The notes below the pieces were generated by a model that was not told the origin of the DNA, did not search any database, and was given only the letters and a program-made list of their open reading frames with translations. 64,000 bases of DNA, taken from Macrostomum lignano (taxonomy: Eukaryota). Within the stretch, counting starts at the first letter, position 1. Each line of letters starts with the position of its first letter. Positions 45,789-59,326 of this stretch are shown in pieces. The position numbers and the translations under genes were made by a program. Location of the stretch: NCBI GenBank assembly GCA_002269645.1, contig NIVC01001319.1:186001-250000 (forward strand). Direction: 5' to 3'.

Positions 45789-48143
45789 GACCCGACGGTT
45801 ACTGCACTCTTATATATGAGTAGTACAGACTTATAATACAAAGTATTCATTTCATCAAATATTATATCAGCTTAGTTTACTGTATGTTTTTTACATGTAT
45901 GTTACAGTAAGTATACTTAAATATGTGCTAATTTTGACCAAGTCTTGATGTGGAATGAAAAGCTCTTATTTAATACCCCTCGCAGACTTTAAAAACTCCT
46001 TTCACGGCTTTTTTAGTTAGATTTCGTTTTTTTCAAGGAAAATTTTGAGTATACGAGTATTTAAAGCCATCTAGATGGAGGCGTCAATATAAAGATAATG
46101 CTTTTCATTTCACCATGACTTCCACGATACTATTAGTAAGTAGGCTACTTACCGTATATTAAGTATTCTGCGAGACCAGCTCGTGGCGGGACTTTTCACT
46201 CTGGCTATATCTTACAATATAAAATACTTAATGTAAGCCATGAAAAGAGTGAACTTGAAGTGGAAAGTCCTGAATAATGTCTTTGGTCTTTTTTATTTCG
46301 AACAACTTACAGCTGCCATTCTACGGCTAGAATGAACACGAGATTTGTACATTCTTTTCCATCCTTTTGTACTTAAGTAGTGTGAGTCGACTGTTTGATG
46401 GCGTTGATGGCGGTATGAATCAGCCATAAGCGAATAGAAAAAGTAAAAAGCTTCAGAGCTTCTTCAAGTAGTAAGAAAAAACGAAGTTAAAAGCATTTCG
46501 AGTTAGTCTGAGCGCTCTATTTGACGTTTTTGGCAGAATCCTACGTTTGATACATGTACATACTAATTAAAAATGGGCTGACAAGCATCTTTTTCGACTA
46601 GATGAAATTTATGCACTACTCAATGACTTTGTGGGATGCTTCTAATATATCTTTACAATTGAGACCAATTGGGACCGATTAAGAAATGTTCTTTTTGCGA
46701 CAAAATAATGCAACGGAGCAAGTACACAAATACACGAGTATCTGGACAGGCTCTGGTTTTAATTATAAAATCAAGTCTAATAATTCCTTTCATAAATCAT
46801 TCTCTCGGCATTGCACATTCGGCCTCTAATATCTATCTAAGCGACAAAAAACTATGCGCTTGAGATTGAGGGCGAAGAAACTGAGGGTATGATTAAACAA
46901 TGTTGGACAGTAGGAGACTGAGAAGCAGAATTAGGATTGAAGAAATGAGTTATTTCTCAACATTGTTTCGGAGTTAAAGGGTGACTCTTAGACTAAGTGG
47001 GAATGGAATGAAGAATTTGGAAGGATGAATACTTATAATTTATTGAATGTAGAATGTAGAAATTTTGCATCGACAAATGTATACTTTTAGCCAGGAGCAG
47101 ATATATAATTTCTTTTCGGAGGCCAAGGGGCGCCAGTTAGCACGAGGGGCGCCATGTTATAGGGATGCCAATCAGGGTCAATCCAGGGTGCCAAAACTGC
47201 CAAAAGGGCGCAAAAACCGTTAGAACAAACTGTGACGTTGCTAGTTTAAGTGGTCCCGCAAAAGGGCCGTTGGACTATAGTTTCCCTTGCAATTTCTCAT
47301 TTTAATTTCTCCAATAGTTTATTTTAACGTTTACTTGTAGTAGCGTGCAAATAATCTGTATCAACTGCTAATTCACTGTGTATTCGGTAGGCCTTGCGTT
47401 CGTCTGTAAATTTTAGCACGATCGATAATTTCAAGTTCTCTCGCCAGCCAATGAAACTCTCCGTGTTTTATGCTACCCCCCCTTTTGCGCTCTTTATTAA
47501 CCCCCGCCTGGCGGCGGGCTCCTCACTTCTCCTGCCTTCTGTCTGCCTCCTCCCTTCGGGCCCCTCACTTCGCGGCTCTTGTTTTCCTTCTCTCTCTCTC
47601 TCTCTCTCTCTTGGCTGCCTCGAGCCTGCCTTATCTCTCGCCACGGCCCACCCTGTCTGGGCCCGTCTCGCCAGCCAGACCTGTTTACGCCTTTCCACTG
47701 CCAGTCTATTCTCCTAGTGCCACTGCACTGTTTGCTCACTGCCATCATTCGCCACTTGGGATCACCTTCATCGTGCTCAACCGCCTTCAACTTAACTTAA
47801 CTTATTGTTGCGCTGCCGCCAGTGCCCAGTACAGTAGTCCACTATATTGAAACTGTTAACCTTTGTGTAAATCTGACTGCTACTCAAATAAACAAGCCTA
47901 CGCCCAACTGGTTGCCGCGATATTGCCAGTGCTGCCGCTACAAACCGCCGTGTTGTCTCAACTAGTATTTCTTCACTACGACAAAACACGTGACAAAACG
48001 CTAAAATGCAACCGTCAAGGGGCGCCAGTGTCTAAAGGGCGTTGTCGTAGTTTCGAGGGGGCTGCCGCCCCCCCCCCCGTTCCCCCAAATAAAAGATACA
48101 TGACGCATGACATAAGCGCGCATTTAGTAACTGCTCTTAGTGA

Positions 48144-48389
48144 CACAAGCACATTTAAAATGCATGAGTCTGGCACAAGCACATTTAAAATGCATGAGTC
48201 TGGCACAAGCACATTAAAAATGCATGAGTCTGGCACAAGCACATTTAAAATGCATGAGTCTGGCACAAGCACATTTAAAATGCATGAGTCTGGCACAAGT
48301 ACAGTTAAAATGCATGAGTCTGGCACAAGCACATTTAAAATGCATGAGTCTGGCACAAGTACATTTAAAATGCATGAGTCTGGCACAGG
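48144..48389. repeat. 30-bp minisatellite, 8 copies
   Basis: cacaagcacatttaaaatgcatgagtctgg. Confidence 0.95.
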
Positions 48390-48684
48390 CGCACATTCTA
48401 GACGCATCAATCTGAATGCTGCAGCTTGAAGTTAGAATAATAAGACCGGCGTATTCAGCCCTCCCGTATCCAAGCTCTCCCAGCAGCCAGTGCCGGACCA
48501 TCAGCTGCAGCCAGCGACAGACCATCAAAACCCGGCCTCAGACTTGCGTAACTTGTGGTTCTATTCCTAGCTACTGAACATTTTACCATTTTTAATCGCA
48601 GCATTGTAAAATTTTAAGTCTAAGCATTTTAAATTTGTGAAAAAAAATTATAGAGAAAACGACAGACCATTTTTAGTATATGGA

Positions 48685-51600
48685 CTAGCAATCTACGCCC
48701 CCCGTTGGGGAGCCAAAGAAATGCAATACACGTTTTTTTAATAAGCTACATGTATCCTTGAAATCTTAAAAAATCTCCTGTCAAACCTTGTAAGCCTTGA
48801 CATGTCAGTAATTCCCCCCCCCCACAAGCTTTAACATATTAACTTCCCCCTTGACATCTCAGCAATGCCCCCAATAAGCCTTGGAAATCTAAAAATATTT
48901 GTCAACCTTCTAACCCTACCCTAGCCTACCCTAACCCTAACCCTAACCCTAACCTAACCCTAAAGCATTGAAATTTCAGTAATTCTCTCTAAGAGTCATT
49001 ATAGCACTACTACAGCATTATAGCGATTCCCTGCAAGCCTCGACATCGTAGGGATTCCTAAATGAATCTCTTAACTTCGACATGAAGCTTCTTTTATTTT
49101 TTACATTACGCTTTTTTTTATCAGCGATCCCTCCCCTGAGGAGGCATCAAATAATGTAATAAAAAGTTTTCAATAAACTACATGTAGCTTCTGACTTTAG
49201 CCTTGAAATCTCATTTATACCCCCGTGAGCCTTGACATCTCAGCTATTCCCCCCGTAAGCCTTAACATGTCAACAATGGCCCCCATAAACCTTGAAATCT
49301 AAAAAATCCCCTGTTATTCTGTTAACCTTGAAACCCGATAAAATATAACCCTCAACCCACACCTGACCTAAACCTAACTTTAACCCAACCTAAAGCCTTG
49401 AAATCTCAGCAATTCTTCTCCCCTAAGCCTTGACATTTTAGTGATTCCTTCTTTAAGAATCACAGCACTATAACGATTTCCACCAAGCTTTGACATCGTA
49501 GCGATTCCCAAATGAATCTTTTAACTTCGACATGACTTTCCTTTTATGTATACGTAGTGCTACTTTTATTTTTTACATGACTCTTCTCCTATCAGCGCCC
49601 CCCCGTGGCGAGCCAACAAAGAATGCAATAAAAAATTGAGTAAAGTACATGAACTTTGAAGTAGCTTCTTACTTTTGCTTTGCCATCTCAGAACCCCCCC
49701 CCGTAATCTCAGTTATTCTCTGAGAGCCTTTACGTCTCAGTTTTTCTCCCCAGCACAGCATTATAGCTGCATTTAATTTTTACATGACACCCTTCATGTC
49801 TGACATGAAGCTTCTTTTATTCTACCATGATGCTTCTTAATTTTTTGAATGACACTTTCATTAGTTTTTAAATGAGGCTTCTATGATTTTTTCTTGACGC
49901 TTCTATGATTTTTTAAATGACGCTTCTATGATTGTTTACATAACGCTTCTATGATTTTTTACATGGCGCTTCTATGATTGTTTACATGACGCTTCTATGA
50001 TTGTTTACATGACGCTTCTATGATTGTTTACATAACGCTTCTATGATTTTTTACATGACGCTTCTATGCTTTTTACATGACGCTTCTATGATTGTTTACA
50101 TGACGCTTCTATGATTGTTTACATGACGCTTCTATGATTTTTTACATGACGCTTCTATGATTGTTTACATGACGCTTCTATGATTTTTTTAAATGACGCT
50201 TTTATGATTTTTAAATGACGCTTCTACGATTTTTTACATGACGCTTCTATGATTTTTTAAATGACGCTTCTATAATTTTTTACATGACGCTTCTATGATT
50301 GTTTACATGACGCTTCTATGATTCTTTACATGACGCTTCTATGATTCTTTACATGACGCTTCTATGATTTTTATATGACGCTTCTACGATTTTTTACATG
50401 ACGCTTCTATGATTGTTTACATGACGCTTCTATGATTTTTTACATGGCGCTTCTATGATTGCTTACATGACGCTTCTATGATTGTTTACATGACGCTTCT
50501 ATGATTTTTTACATGACACTTCTATGATTGTTTACATGACGCTTCTATGATTGTTTACATGGCGCTTCTATGATTGTTTACATGACGCTTCTATGATTCT
50601 TTACATGACGCTTCTATGATTTTTTACATGGCGCTTCTATGATTGTTTACATGACGCTTCTATAATTGTTTACATGACGCTTTTATGATTTTTAAATGAC
50701 GCTTCTACGATTTTTTACATGACGCTTCTATGATTTTTTAAATGACGCTTCTATAATTGTTTACATGACGCTTCTATGATTGTTTACATGACGCTTCTAT
50801 GATTCTTTACATGACGCTTCTATGATTCTTTACATGACGCTTCTATGATTTTTATATGACGCTTCTACGATTTTTTACATGACGCTTCTATGATTGTTTA
50901 CATGACGCTTCTATGATTTTTTACATGGCGCTTCTATGATTGCTTACATGACGCTTCTATGATTGTTTACATGACGCTTCTATGATTTTTTACATGACAC
51001 TTCTATGATTGTTTACATGACGCTTCTATGATTGTTTACATGGCGCTTCTATGATTGTTTACATGACGCTTCTATGATTCTTTACATGACGCTTCTATGA
51101 TTTTTTACATGGCGCTTCTATGATTGTTTACATGACGCTTCTATGATTTTTTACATGACGCTTCTATGATTTTTACATGACGCTTCTTTTTAAAAAGTCT
51201 TTTAGTTTTCCTGACGTTGAAAAGCTTTAATAAAAAAATTATAATCTATGAAAATTCGAACAATCGTCGCTGCATTTAGCAGTTCAGTTTGTTCACCTCT
51301 AGGCTAGCTCTCATCGTTTTGATAACATCAAATTTTGCACTTATATATATAATTCAACCGCTTAAAATCCAAGCATAGAGTAAATCACACGAAGCAGTTA
51401 TGACATAATCAATTTCTCAGTCAGTCAGTGTGACGCGACCCTTCTTGTTCGGTGCTGACGGCTATGCACTTATCAATAAAAGAGTCTACGTAGCAAGAAA
51501 GTTTAGAATTTTAACTTCGACTGATTGTATTTAACCGTATTATATTATTTATTTGAAGACAGGAGTTAACTGTTACTGTTAAATTATTGGTAGTAAGTAC

Positions 51601-52230
51601 TAAGTATGGCGAATAGGCACAACGCGGCGGACAAACCAACAGCACACACGAGCCCAGCGAGACAAGAAACACTAGAGAACAAAAATGCGAAATAACCCAC
51701 TTTTAAATAATGCAATACCCGTATTTCTATGAATGATACAGTAAAACAAATTTTATGTATAAATATAGAATAAATTTAAGATTCGTTTAATAAATAGTAG
51801 CTAGAGTAATAATATAATACTAAAAAGGCATTAATAACACTAGAATATTTTCAGAAATAAATATCAACATCGTTACAGTCAGTATCAGTTAACAATATGG
51901 TTACGCAATTTAAATCAAGTCTGGTGCTACGCTTCCACACTGCATTTTCAATTCAAGTCGGAGTTACAATTCAGTGATGATGCAATCTATTTCAGAATCA
52001 GAATTCAACCAGTCAGTTTTTTCTCTAGCATTCCTACAATGCATTTCAAGTCGAAAAGTTTGCTTGACCTTTGCAAAAAAGCATGTTTTTCGAATATTTA
52101 ATGCCTTTAGCATCGAGCAATTTCTTAGCCACGATGCATGTACAGTCACGGGAAAATTTCTGATCGAACAGTGCAAGTTTGAACAAAATCGGTCCAGCCA
52201 TTTTTTCTGTAATCGATCACATAGATAGGA
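48685..52230 (-). mobile_element. Non-autonomous Helitron-like monomer a (satellite B)
   Basis: Minus-strand 3' hairpin ccccaacggggggc followed by CTAG at 48685-48688; shared core at 51200-52230; 5' junction partly deleted. Confidence 0.65.
49870..51190. repeat. ~22-bp satellite B
   Basis: Unit catgacgcttctatgattgttta. Confidence 0.95.
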
Positions 52231-52379
52231 TAGCAATCTTTGCCCCCCGATGGGGGACATCTGGATAGAATCTCTGTTCTCTACAAGTAACAAAAAGACA
52301 GCCAAAAAATCCTTCACAAAGACAACAGACAAACTGCTCAAATGAAGTGAATTGCAATAAGAAATCTTCCCAAGACCAC

Positions 52380-52800
52380 AAGCATCCCCCAGATAGCAAG
52401 CATTCCCCCAGATAGCAAGCATTCCACAGATTGCAAGCATCCCCCAGATAGCAAGCATCCCCCAGATAGCAAGCATCCTCCAGATAGCAAGCATCCCCCA
52501 GATAGCAAGCATCCCCCAGATAGCAAGCATCCCCAGATAGCAAGCATTCCCCAGATAGCAAGCATCCACCAGATAGCAAGCATCCTCCAGATAGCAAGCA
52601 TCCCCCAGATAGCAAGCATCCCTCAGATAGCAAGCATCCCTCAGATAGCAAGCATCCACCAGATAGCAAGCATCCCTCAGATAGCAAGCATCCCCCAAAT
52701 TGCAAGCATCGCCCAGATAGCAAGCATCCCCCAGAAAGCAAGCATCCTCCAAATAGCAAGCATCCCCCAGATAGATAGCATCCCCAAATAGCAACCATCC
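52380..52800. repeat. 18-bp satellite (further arrays at about 55995-56425 and 59450-60145)
   Basis: Unit cccccagatagcaagcat. Confidence 0.93.
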
Positions 52801-52899
52801 ACCAGACAATAAGTAGCTAGAGCGACAATTTCCTTAGCTTTATAGTGGCTCCTTTAAATTGGCATGGCGCTTTATACCTTTACATTTATATCTTGTATA

Positions 52900-54890
52900 T
52901 CTTGAATGTTTGACATGGTGGCTCTTTTATGTTTTACATAGTGGCTCTTCTATGTTTGGCATGGTGGCTCTTTTATGTTTGACATAGTGGCTCTTTTATG
53001 TTTGACATGGTGGCTCTTCTAGCTTTGACATGGTGGCTTTTTTAGGTTTGACATGGTGGCTCTTTTATGTTTGACATGTTGGCTTTTTAATGTTCGCCAT
53101 GGTGGCTCTTTTAGGTTTGATATGGTGGCTCTTTTATGCTCAACATGGTGGCTCTTTAATGTTCGACATGGTGGCTCTTTAATGTTTGAAATGGTGGCTC
53201 TTTATTTTTGAAATGTTGGCTGTTTTATGTTTGACATGGTGGCTCTTTAATTTTTAACATGGTGACTCTTTTATGTTCGATATGGTGGCTCTTTTATGTT
53301 CGACATGGTGGCTCCTTTAGGTTTGAAATGGTGGCTCTTTAATGTTTAACATTGTGGCTCTTTAATGTTCGACATGGTGGCTCTTTAATTTTTAACATGG
53401 TGACTCTTTTATGTTCGATATGGTGGCTCTTTTATGTTCGACATGGTGGCTCCTTTAGGTTTGAAATGGTGGCTCTTTAATGTTTAACATTGTGGCTCTT
53501 TAATGTTAGACATGGTGGCTTTTTAATATTCGACATGGTGCCTCTTATAGGTTTGAAACGGTGGCTCTTTAATGTTTGACATGGTGGCTTTTCTCTATGT
53601 TTGACATGGTGTCTCTTTTATGTTTGACATGGTGGCTTTTCTATGTTCGACATGGTGGCTCTTTTAATGGTCGACATGGTGGCTCTTCAATGTTCTTCAT
53701 GTTGGCTATTTTATGTTTGACATGGTGGCTTTTTTATGTTTGACATGTTGGCTCTTTTATGTTGGACATGGTGGCTCTTTAATGTTCGACATGGTGGCTC
53801 CTTTCGGTTTGAAATGGTAGCTCTTTAATGTTCGACATTGTGGCTCTTTAATGTTTGACATTGTGGCTCTTTAATGTTATTAATGGTGTCTGTTTTATGT
53901 TTGAAACGGTGGCTCTTTAATGTTTGACATGGTGACTCTTTAATGTTTGACATGGTGGCTTTTCTATGTTTGACATGGTGGCTCTTTTATGTTTGACATG
54001 GTGGCTTTTTATTGTTCGACATGGTGGCTCTTTCAGGTTTGAAACGGTGGCTCTTTAATGTTTGACATGGTGGCTCTTTAATGTTTGTCATGGTGGCTTT
54101 TCTATGTTTGAAATGGTGGCTCTTGTATGTTCGACATGGTGGCTCTTTTAGGTTTGAAATGGTGGCTCTTTAATGTTTGACATTGTGGCTTTTTAATGTT
54201 TGACATGGTGGCTTCTTAATGTTCGACATGGTGGCTCTTTAATGTTTGACATGGTGGCTCTTTAATGTTCGACATGGTGGCTCTTTAATGTTTGACATGG
54301 TCACTTTTTTATGTTTGATATGGTGGCTCTTTTATGTTCGACATGGTGGCTCTTTAATGTTTGACATGGTGGCCCTTTTATGTTTGACATGGTTGCTCGG
54401 CTCTTTAATGTTTGACATGGTAACTCTTTTATGTTTGATATGGTGGCTCTTTTATGTTCGACAATGTGGCTCTTTAATGTTTGACATTGTGGCTTTTTAA
54501 TGTTCGACATGGTGGCTCTTTAATGTTCGACATGATGGCTCCTTTAGGTTTGAAATGGTAGCTCTTTAATGTTCGACATTGTGGCTCTTTAATGTTTGAC
54601 ATTGTGGCTCTTTAATGTTATTAATGGTGTCTGTTTTATGTTTGACATGGTGGCTCTTCTATGTTCGACATGGTGGCTCTTTAATGTTTGCCATGGTGGC
54701 TCTTTAATTTTGGAAATGGTGGCTGTTTTATGTTTGACAAGGTGGCTCTTTATTGTTCGACATGGTGGCTCTTTAATTCTTAACATGGTAACTCTTTTAT
54801 GTTCGATATGGTGGCTCTTTTATGTTCGACATGGTGGTTCTTTAATGTTCGACATGGTGGCTCCTTAAGGTTTGACAGGGTGGCTCTTCT
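52900..54890. repeat. 21-bp satellite A (further arrays at about 56425-58710, 60215-62830 and 63755-64000)
   Basis: Unit atgtttgacatggtggctcttta. Confidence 0.95.
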
Positions 54891-55846
54891 ATTGCGCTTC
54901 TTTTATGTTTAGCAGTTTTTTGTTTTTAAGGTGTTTTAATAAAAAAATTATTTTGCGCTACTAAGATTCGAACCCAGGTCGCTACATTAGCATTCCAGTC
55001 TGTTCGCATCAGGGCTATCCCTTTTCAATTGGAGAACATGAATTGTGGCCCTTATAATTCAATTCTTACAGCAAGTCAATTGGAGTAAAAAGTTATGACA
55101 TAATCAATTTCTCAGTCAGCCAGTATCAGTCTCAATTTAAGTTAGCAATATTGTTACGCAATTTAAATCATGTCGTGTGTGCATTTCTTCGGCACTGTTT
55201 TCAACTTGTTGTGATGCAATCTTTATCACAATCGGAATTCAGTCAGTCAGTTTTTTCTCTAGCATTCTTACAATGCATTTCAGGTCGAAAGAGCTGCTTG
55301 ACCTTTGCAAAAAAGCATGTTTTCGAATATTTAATCCCTTTAACATTGAGCAATTTCTTAGCCAAGATGCATGTACAGTCCCAGGAAAATTTCTGATCAA
55401 ATGGTGCAAGTTTACAGAAAATCGGTTGAGCCGTTTTTTCTGGAATCTATCTCACACATACACACAGACATTTCATTTTTAGTATATAGGATTAAGTTAG
55501 CAATATTGTTACGCAATTTAAATCATGTCGTGTGTGCATTTCTTCGGCACTGTTTTCAACTTGTTGTGATGCAATCTTTATCACAATCGGAATTCAGTCA
55601 GTCAGTTTTTTCTCTAGCATTCTTACAATGCATTTCAGGTCGAAAGAGCTGCTTGACCTTTGCAAAAAAGCATGTTTTCGAATATTTAATCCCTTTAACA
55701 TTGAGCAATTTCTTAGCCAAGATGCATGCACAGTCCCAGGAAAATTTCTGATCAAATGGTGCAAGTTTGAAGAAAATCGGTTGAGCCGTTTTTTCTGGAA
55801 TCTATCTCACACATACACACAGACATTTCATTTTTAGTATATAGGA

Positions 55847-58800
55847 CTAGCAATCTTCGCCCCCCGATGGGGGACATCTAGATAGAATCTCTGTTCTCTA
55901 CAAGTATCAATAAGATGGCCAAACAAAGCCTTCACATAGTCAATAGTAAAACTGCTCAGATGAAGTGCAATGCGAAAAGAAAACATCCTAAGACAGCAAG
56001 CATCCCCCCAGATAGCAAGCACCTCCAGATAGCAAGCATCCCCCCAGATAGCAAGCACCTCCAGATAGCAAGCATCCCCCCAGATAGCAAGCACCTCCAG
56101 ATAGCAAGCATCCCCCCAGATAGCAGGCACCCCCCCAGATAGCAAGCATCACCCAGATAGCAAGCATCCCAGATAGCAAGCATCCCCCAGATAGCAAGCA
56201 TCCCCCAGGTAGCAAGCATCCCCAAAATAGCAAGCATCCCCCAGATAGCAAGCATCCCCCAGATAGCAAGCATCCCCCAGATAGCAAGCATCCCAGATAG
56301 CAAGCATCCCCCAGATAGCAAGCATCCCCCAGATAGCAAGCATCCCCCAGATAGCAGGCACCCCCAGATAGCAGGCACCCCCAGATAGCAAGCACCCCAG
56401 ATAGCAAGCACCCCAGATAGCAGGCGACATGGTGGCTTTTTACTGTTAGACATGGTGGCTCTTTAATGTTAGACATGGTGGCGCTTTAATGTTCGACATG
56501 GTGGTTCTTTAATGTTAGACATTATGGCTCTTTTATGTTTAACAATGTGGCTCTTTAATGTTTTACATGGTGGCTTTTAAATGTTTGACATGGTGGCTCT
56601 TAAATGTTTGACATGGTGGCTCTTTAATATTCTACATGGTGGCTCTTTAATGTTCGACATAGTGGCTCTTTAATGTTAGACATGGTGGCTCTTCTATGTT
56701 TGACATGGTGGCTCTTCTATTTTTGACATGGTGGCTCTTTAATGTTCGACATGGTGGTTCTTTAATGTTCGACATGGTGGCTCTATAATGTTCTACATGG
56801 TGGCCCTTTAATGTTCGACATGGTGGCTCTTTACTGTTAGACATGGTGGCTCTTTAATGTTTGACATCATGCCAGATTTATGTTTGACATGGTGGCTCTT
56901 TAATGTTCGACATGGTGGCTCTTTTAGGTTTGACATGGTGGCTCTTTAATGTTCGACATGGTGGTTCTTTAATGTTCGACATGGTAGCTCTTTAATGTTC
57001 TACATGGTGGCCCTTAATTGTTCGACATGGTGGCTCTTTACTGTTAGACATGGTGGCTCTTTAATGTTTGACATCATGCCAGATTTATGTTTGACATGGT
57101 GGCTCTTTAATGTTTGACATGGTGGCTCTTTTCTGTTAGACATGGTGGGTCTTTTTGGTTTGACATGGCGGCTCTTTAATGTTTCACATGGTGGCTCTTT
57201 AATGTTTTACATGGTGGCTCTTTAATGTTTGACATGGTGGCTCTTTAATGTTCGACATGGTGGTTCTTTAATGTTCGAAATGGTGGCTCCTTAATGTTTG
57301 ACATAAAGTCACATATATGTTTGACATAAAGTCACATATATGTTTGACATAAAGTCACATATATGTTTGACATAAAGTCACATATATGTTTGACATAAAG
57401 TCACATATATGTTTGACATAAAGTCACATATATGTTCGACATGGTGGCTCTTTTTAACATCTGACATAGTGGCTCTTCTATGTTTAACATGGTGGCTCTT
57501 TTATGTTTGACATGGTGGCTCTTTAATGTTCTTCATGGTGGCTCTTTAAGGTTCGACATGGTGGCTCTTTAATGTTCGAAATGGTGGCTCCTTAATGTTC
57601 TTCATGGTGGCTCTTTTTTGTTCGACATGGTGGCTCTTTTTTGTTCTACATGGTAACTCTTTTATGTTTGATACGGTGGCTTTTCAATGTCTGACATGTT
57701 GGCTCTTTTATGTTTGACATGGTGGCTCTTTAATGTTCGACAAAGTGGCTCTTTAATGTTTGACATGGTGGCTATTGTTTGACATGGTGGCTCTTTAATG
57801 TTCGAAATAGTGGCTCTTCAATGTTTGAAATGGTGGCTCTATTATGTTCGACATGGTGGCTCTTTTAGGTTTGACATGGTGGCTCTTAAATGTTTCACAT
57901 GGTGGCTCTTTAGTTTTTAACATGGTGGCTCTTTGATGTTCTTCATGATATACCTCTTTTATGTTACACATGGTGGCACTTTAATGTTCGACATGGTGGC
58001 TCTTTAATGTTTGACATAAAGTCACATATATTTTTGACATGTGGCTCTTAAATGTTTGACATGGTGGCTCTATAATGTTCGACATGGTAGCTCTTTTATG
58101 TCCGACATGGTGGCTCTTAAATGTTTGACATGGTGGCTCTTAAATGTTTGACATAGTGGCTCTTAAATGTTTGACATGGTGGCTCTTTAATATTCTACAT
58201 GGTGGCTCTTTTATGTTAGACATGGTGGCTCTTTAATGTTCGACATGGTGGCTTTTTAAGGTTTGAAATGGTAACACTTTAATGTTTGACATAAAGTCAT
58301 ATATATGTTTGACATGGTGGCTCCTAAATGTTTGACATTGTGGCTCTTTTATGTTCGACATGGTAGATCTTTTTTGTTCTACATGGTAACTCTTTTATGT
58401 TTGATACGGTCGCTTTTTAATGTCTGACATGTTGGCTCTTTTATGTTTGACATGGTGGCTCATTAATGTTCGACAAAGTGGCTCTTTAATGTTTGACATG
58501 GTGGCTCTTTAATGTTCAAAATGGTGGCTCTTTAATGTTCAAAAATGGTGGCTCTTTAATGTTCGAAATGGTGGCTCTTTAATGTTCGAAATGGTGGCTC
58601 TTTTATGTTTGACATGGTGGCTCTTTAATGTTCGACATGGTGGCTCTTCTATGTTTGATATGGTAACTCTTTTATGTTGGATATGTTGGCTCTTCTATGT
58701 TTGACATTGCGCTTCTTTGATTTTTAGCAGTTTTGTTGTGTTTTTAAGGTGTTTTAATCAAAAAAATCTTTTTGTACTACTAAGATTCGAACCCAGGTTG

Positions 58801-59326
58801 CTACATTAGCATTCCAGTCTGTTCGCATCAGGGCTATCTCTTTTCAATTGGAGAACATGAATTATGGCCCTTATAATTCAATTCTTACAGCAAGTCAATC
58901 GGAGTAAAAAGTTATGACATAATAATCAATTTCTCAGTCAGCCAGTATCAGTCTCAATTTAAGTTAGCAATATGGTTACGCAATTTAAATCAAGTCGTTT
59001 GTGCATTTCTTCGGCACTGTTTTCAACTTGTTGTGATGCAATCTTTATCACAATCGGAATTCAGTCGGTCAGTTTTTTCTCTAGCATTCTTACAATGCAT
59101 TTCAAGTCGAAAATTTGGCTTGACCTTTGCAAAAAAGCATGTTTTTCGAATATTTAATCCCTTTAACATTGAGCAATTTCTTAGCCAAGATGCATGTACC
59201 GTCCCAGGAAAATTTCTGATCGAATGGTGCAAGTTTGAAGAAAATCGGTTGAGCCAATTTTTCTGAAATCTATCGCATACCCACATACCCACATACAGAC
59301 AACTCATTTTTAGTATATAGGAAGGA
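55847..59326 (-). mobile_element. Helitron-like monomer c
   Basis: 3' end CCCCCATCGGGGGGCGAAGATTGCTAG (CTAG at 55847-55850); 5' TCC at 59326. Confidence 0.75.

Larger units (their letters stand above)
52231..55846 (-). mobile_element. Helitron-like monomer b with its 5' 355 bp duplicated
   Basis: 5' TCCTATATACTAAAAATG at 55846; 55141-55495 repeated at 55496-55846; 18-bp and 21-bp satellites; 3' hairpin near 52245. Confidence 0.7.

Noticed and set aside
46669-46863. CSFCDK zinc-finger-like ORF
   Set aside because: No His ligands, short, and unsupported by neighbouring sequence
47090-48110. Possible hAT-like MITE around ggggcgcc motifs
   Set aside because: Could not identify matching TIRs or an 8-bp TSD
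47863-48528. KMHESGTSTF repeat protein
   Set aside because: Translation of the 30-bp minisatellite with no flanking gene structure
48915-48965. CCCTAA/TTAGGG runs (also near 12715-12770, 13825-13850 and 49345-49395) as telomere or fusion relics
   Set aside because: Only 2-4 degenerate units, recurring as part of the dispersed Helitron-like repeat
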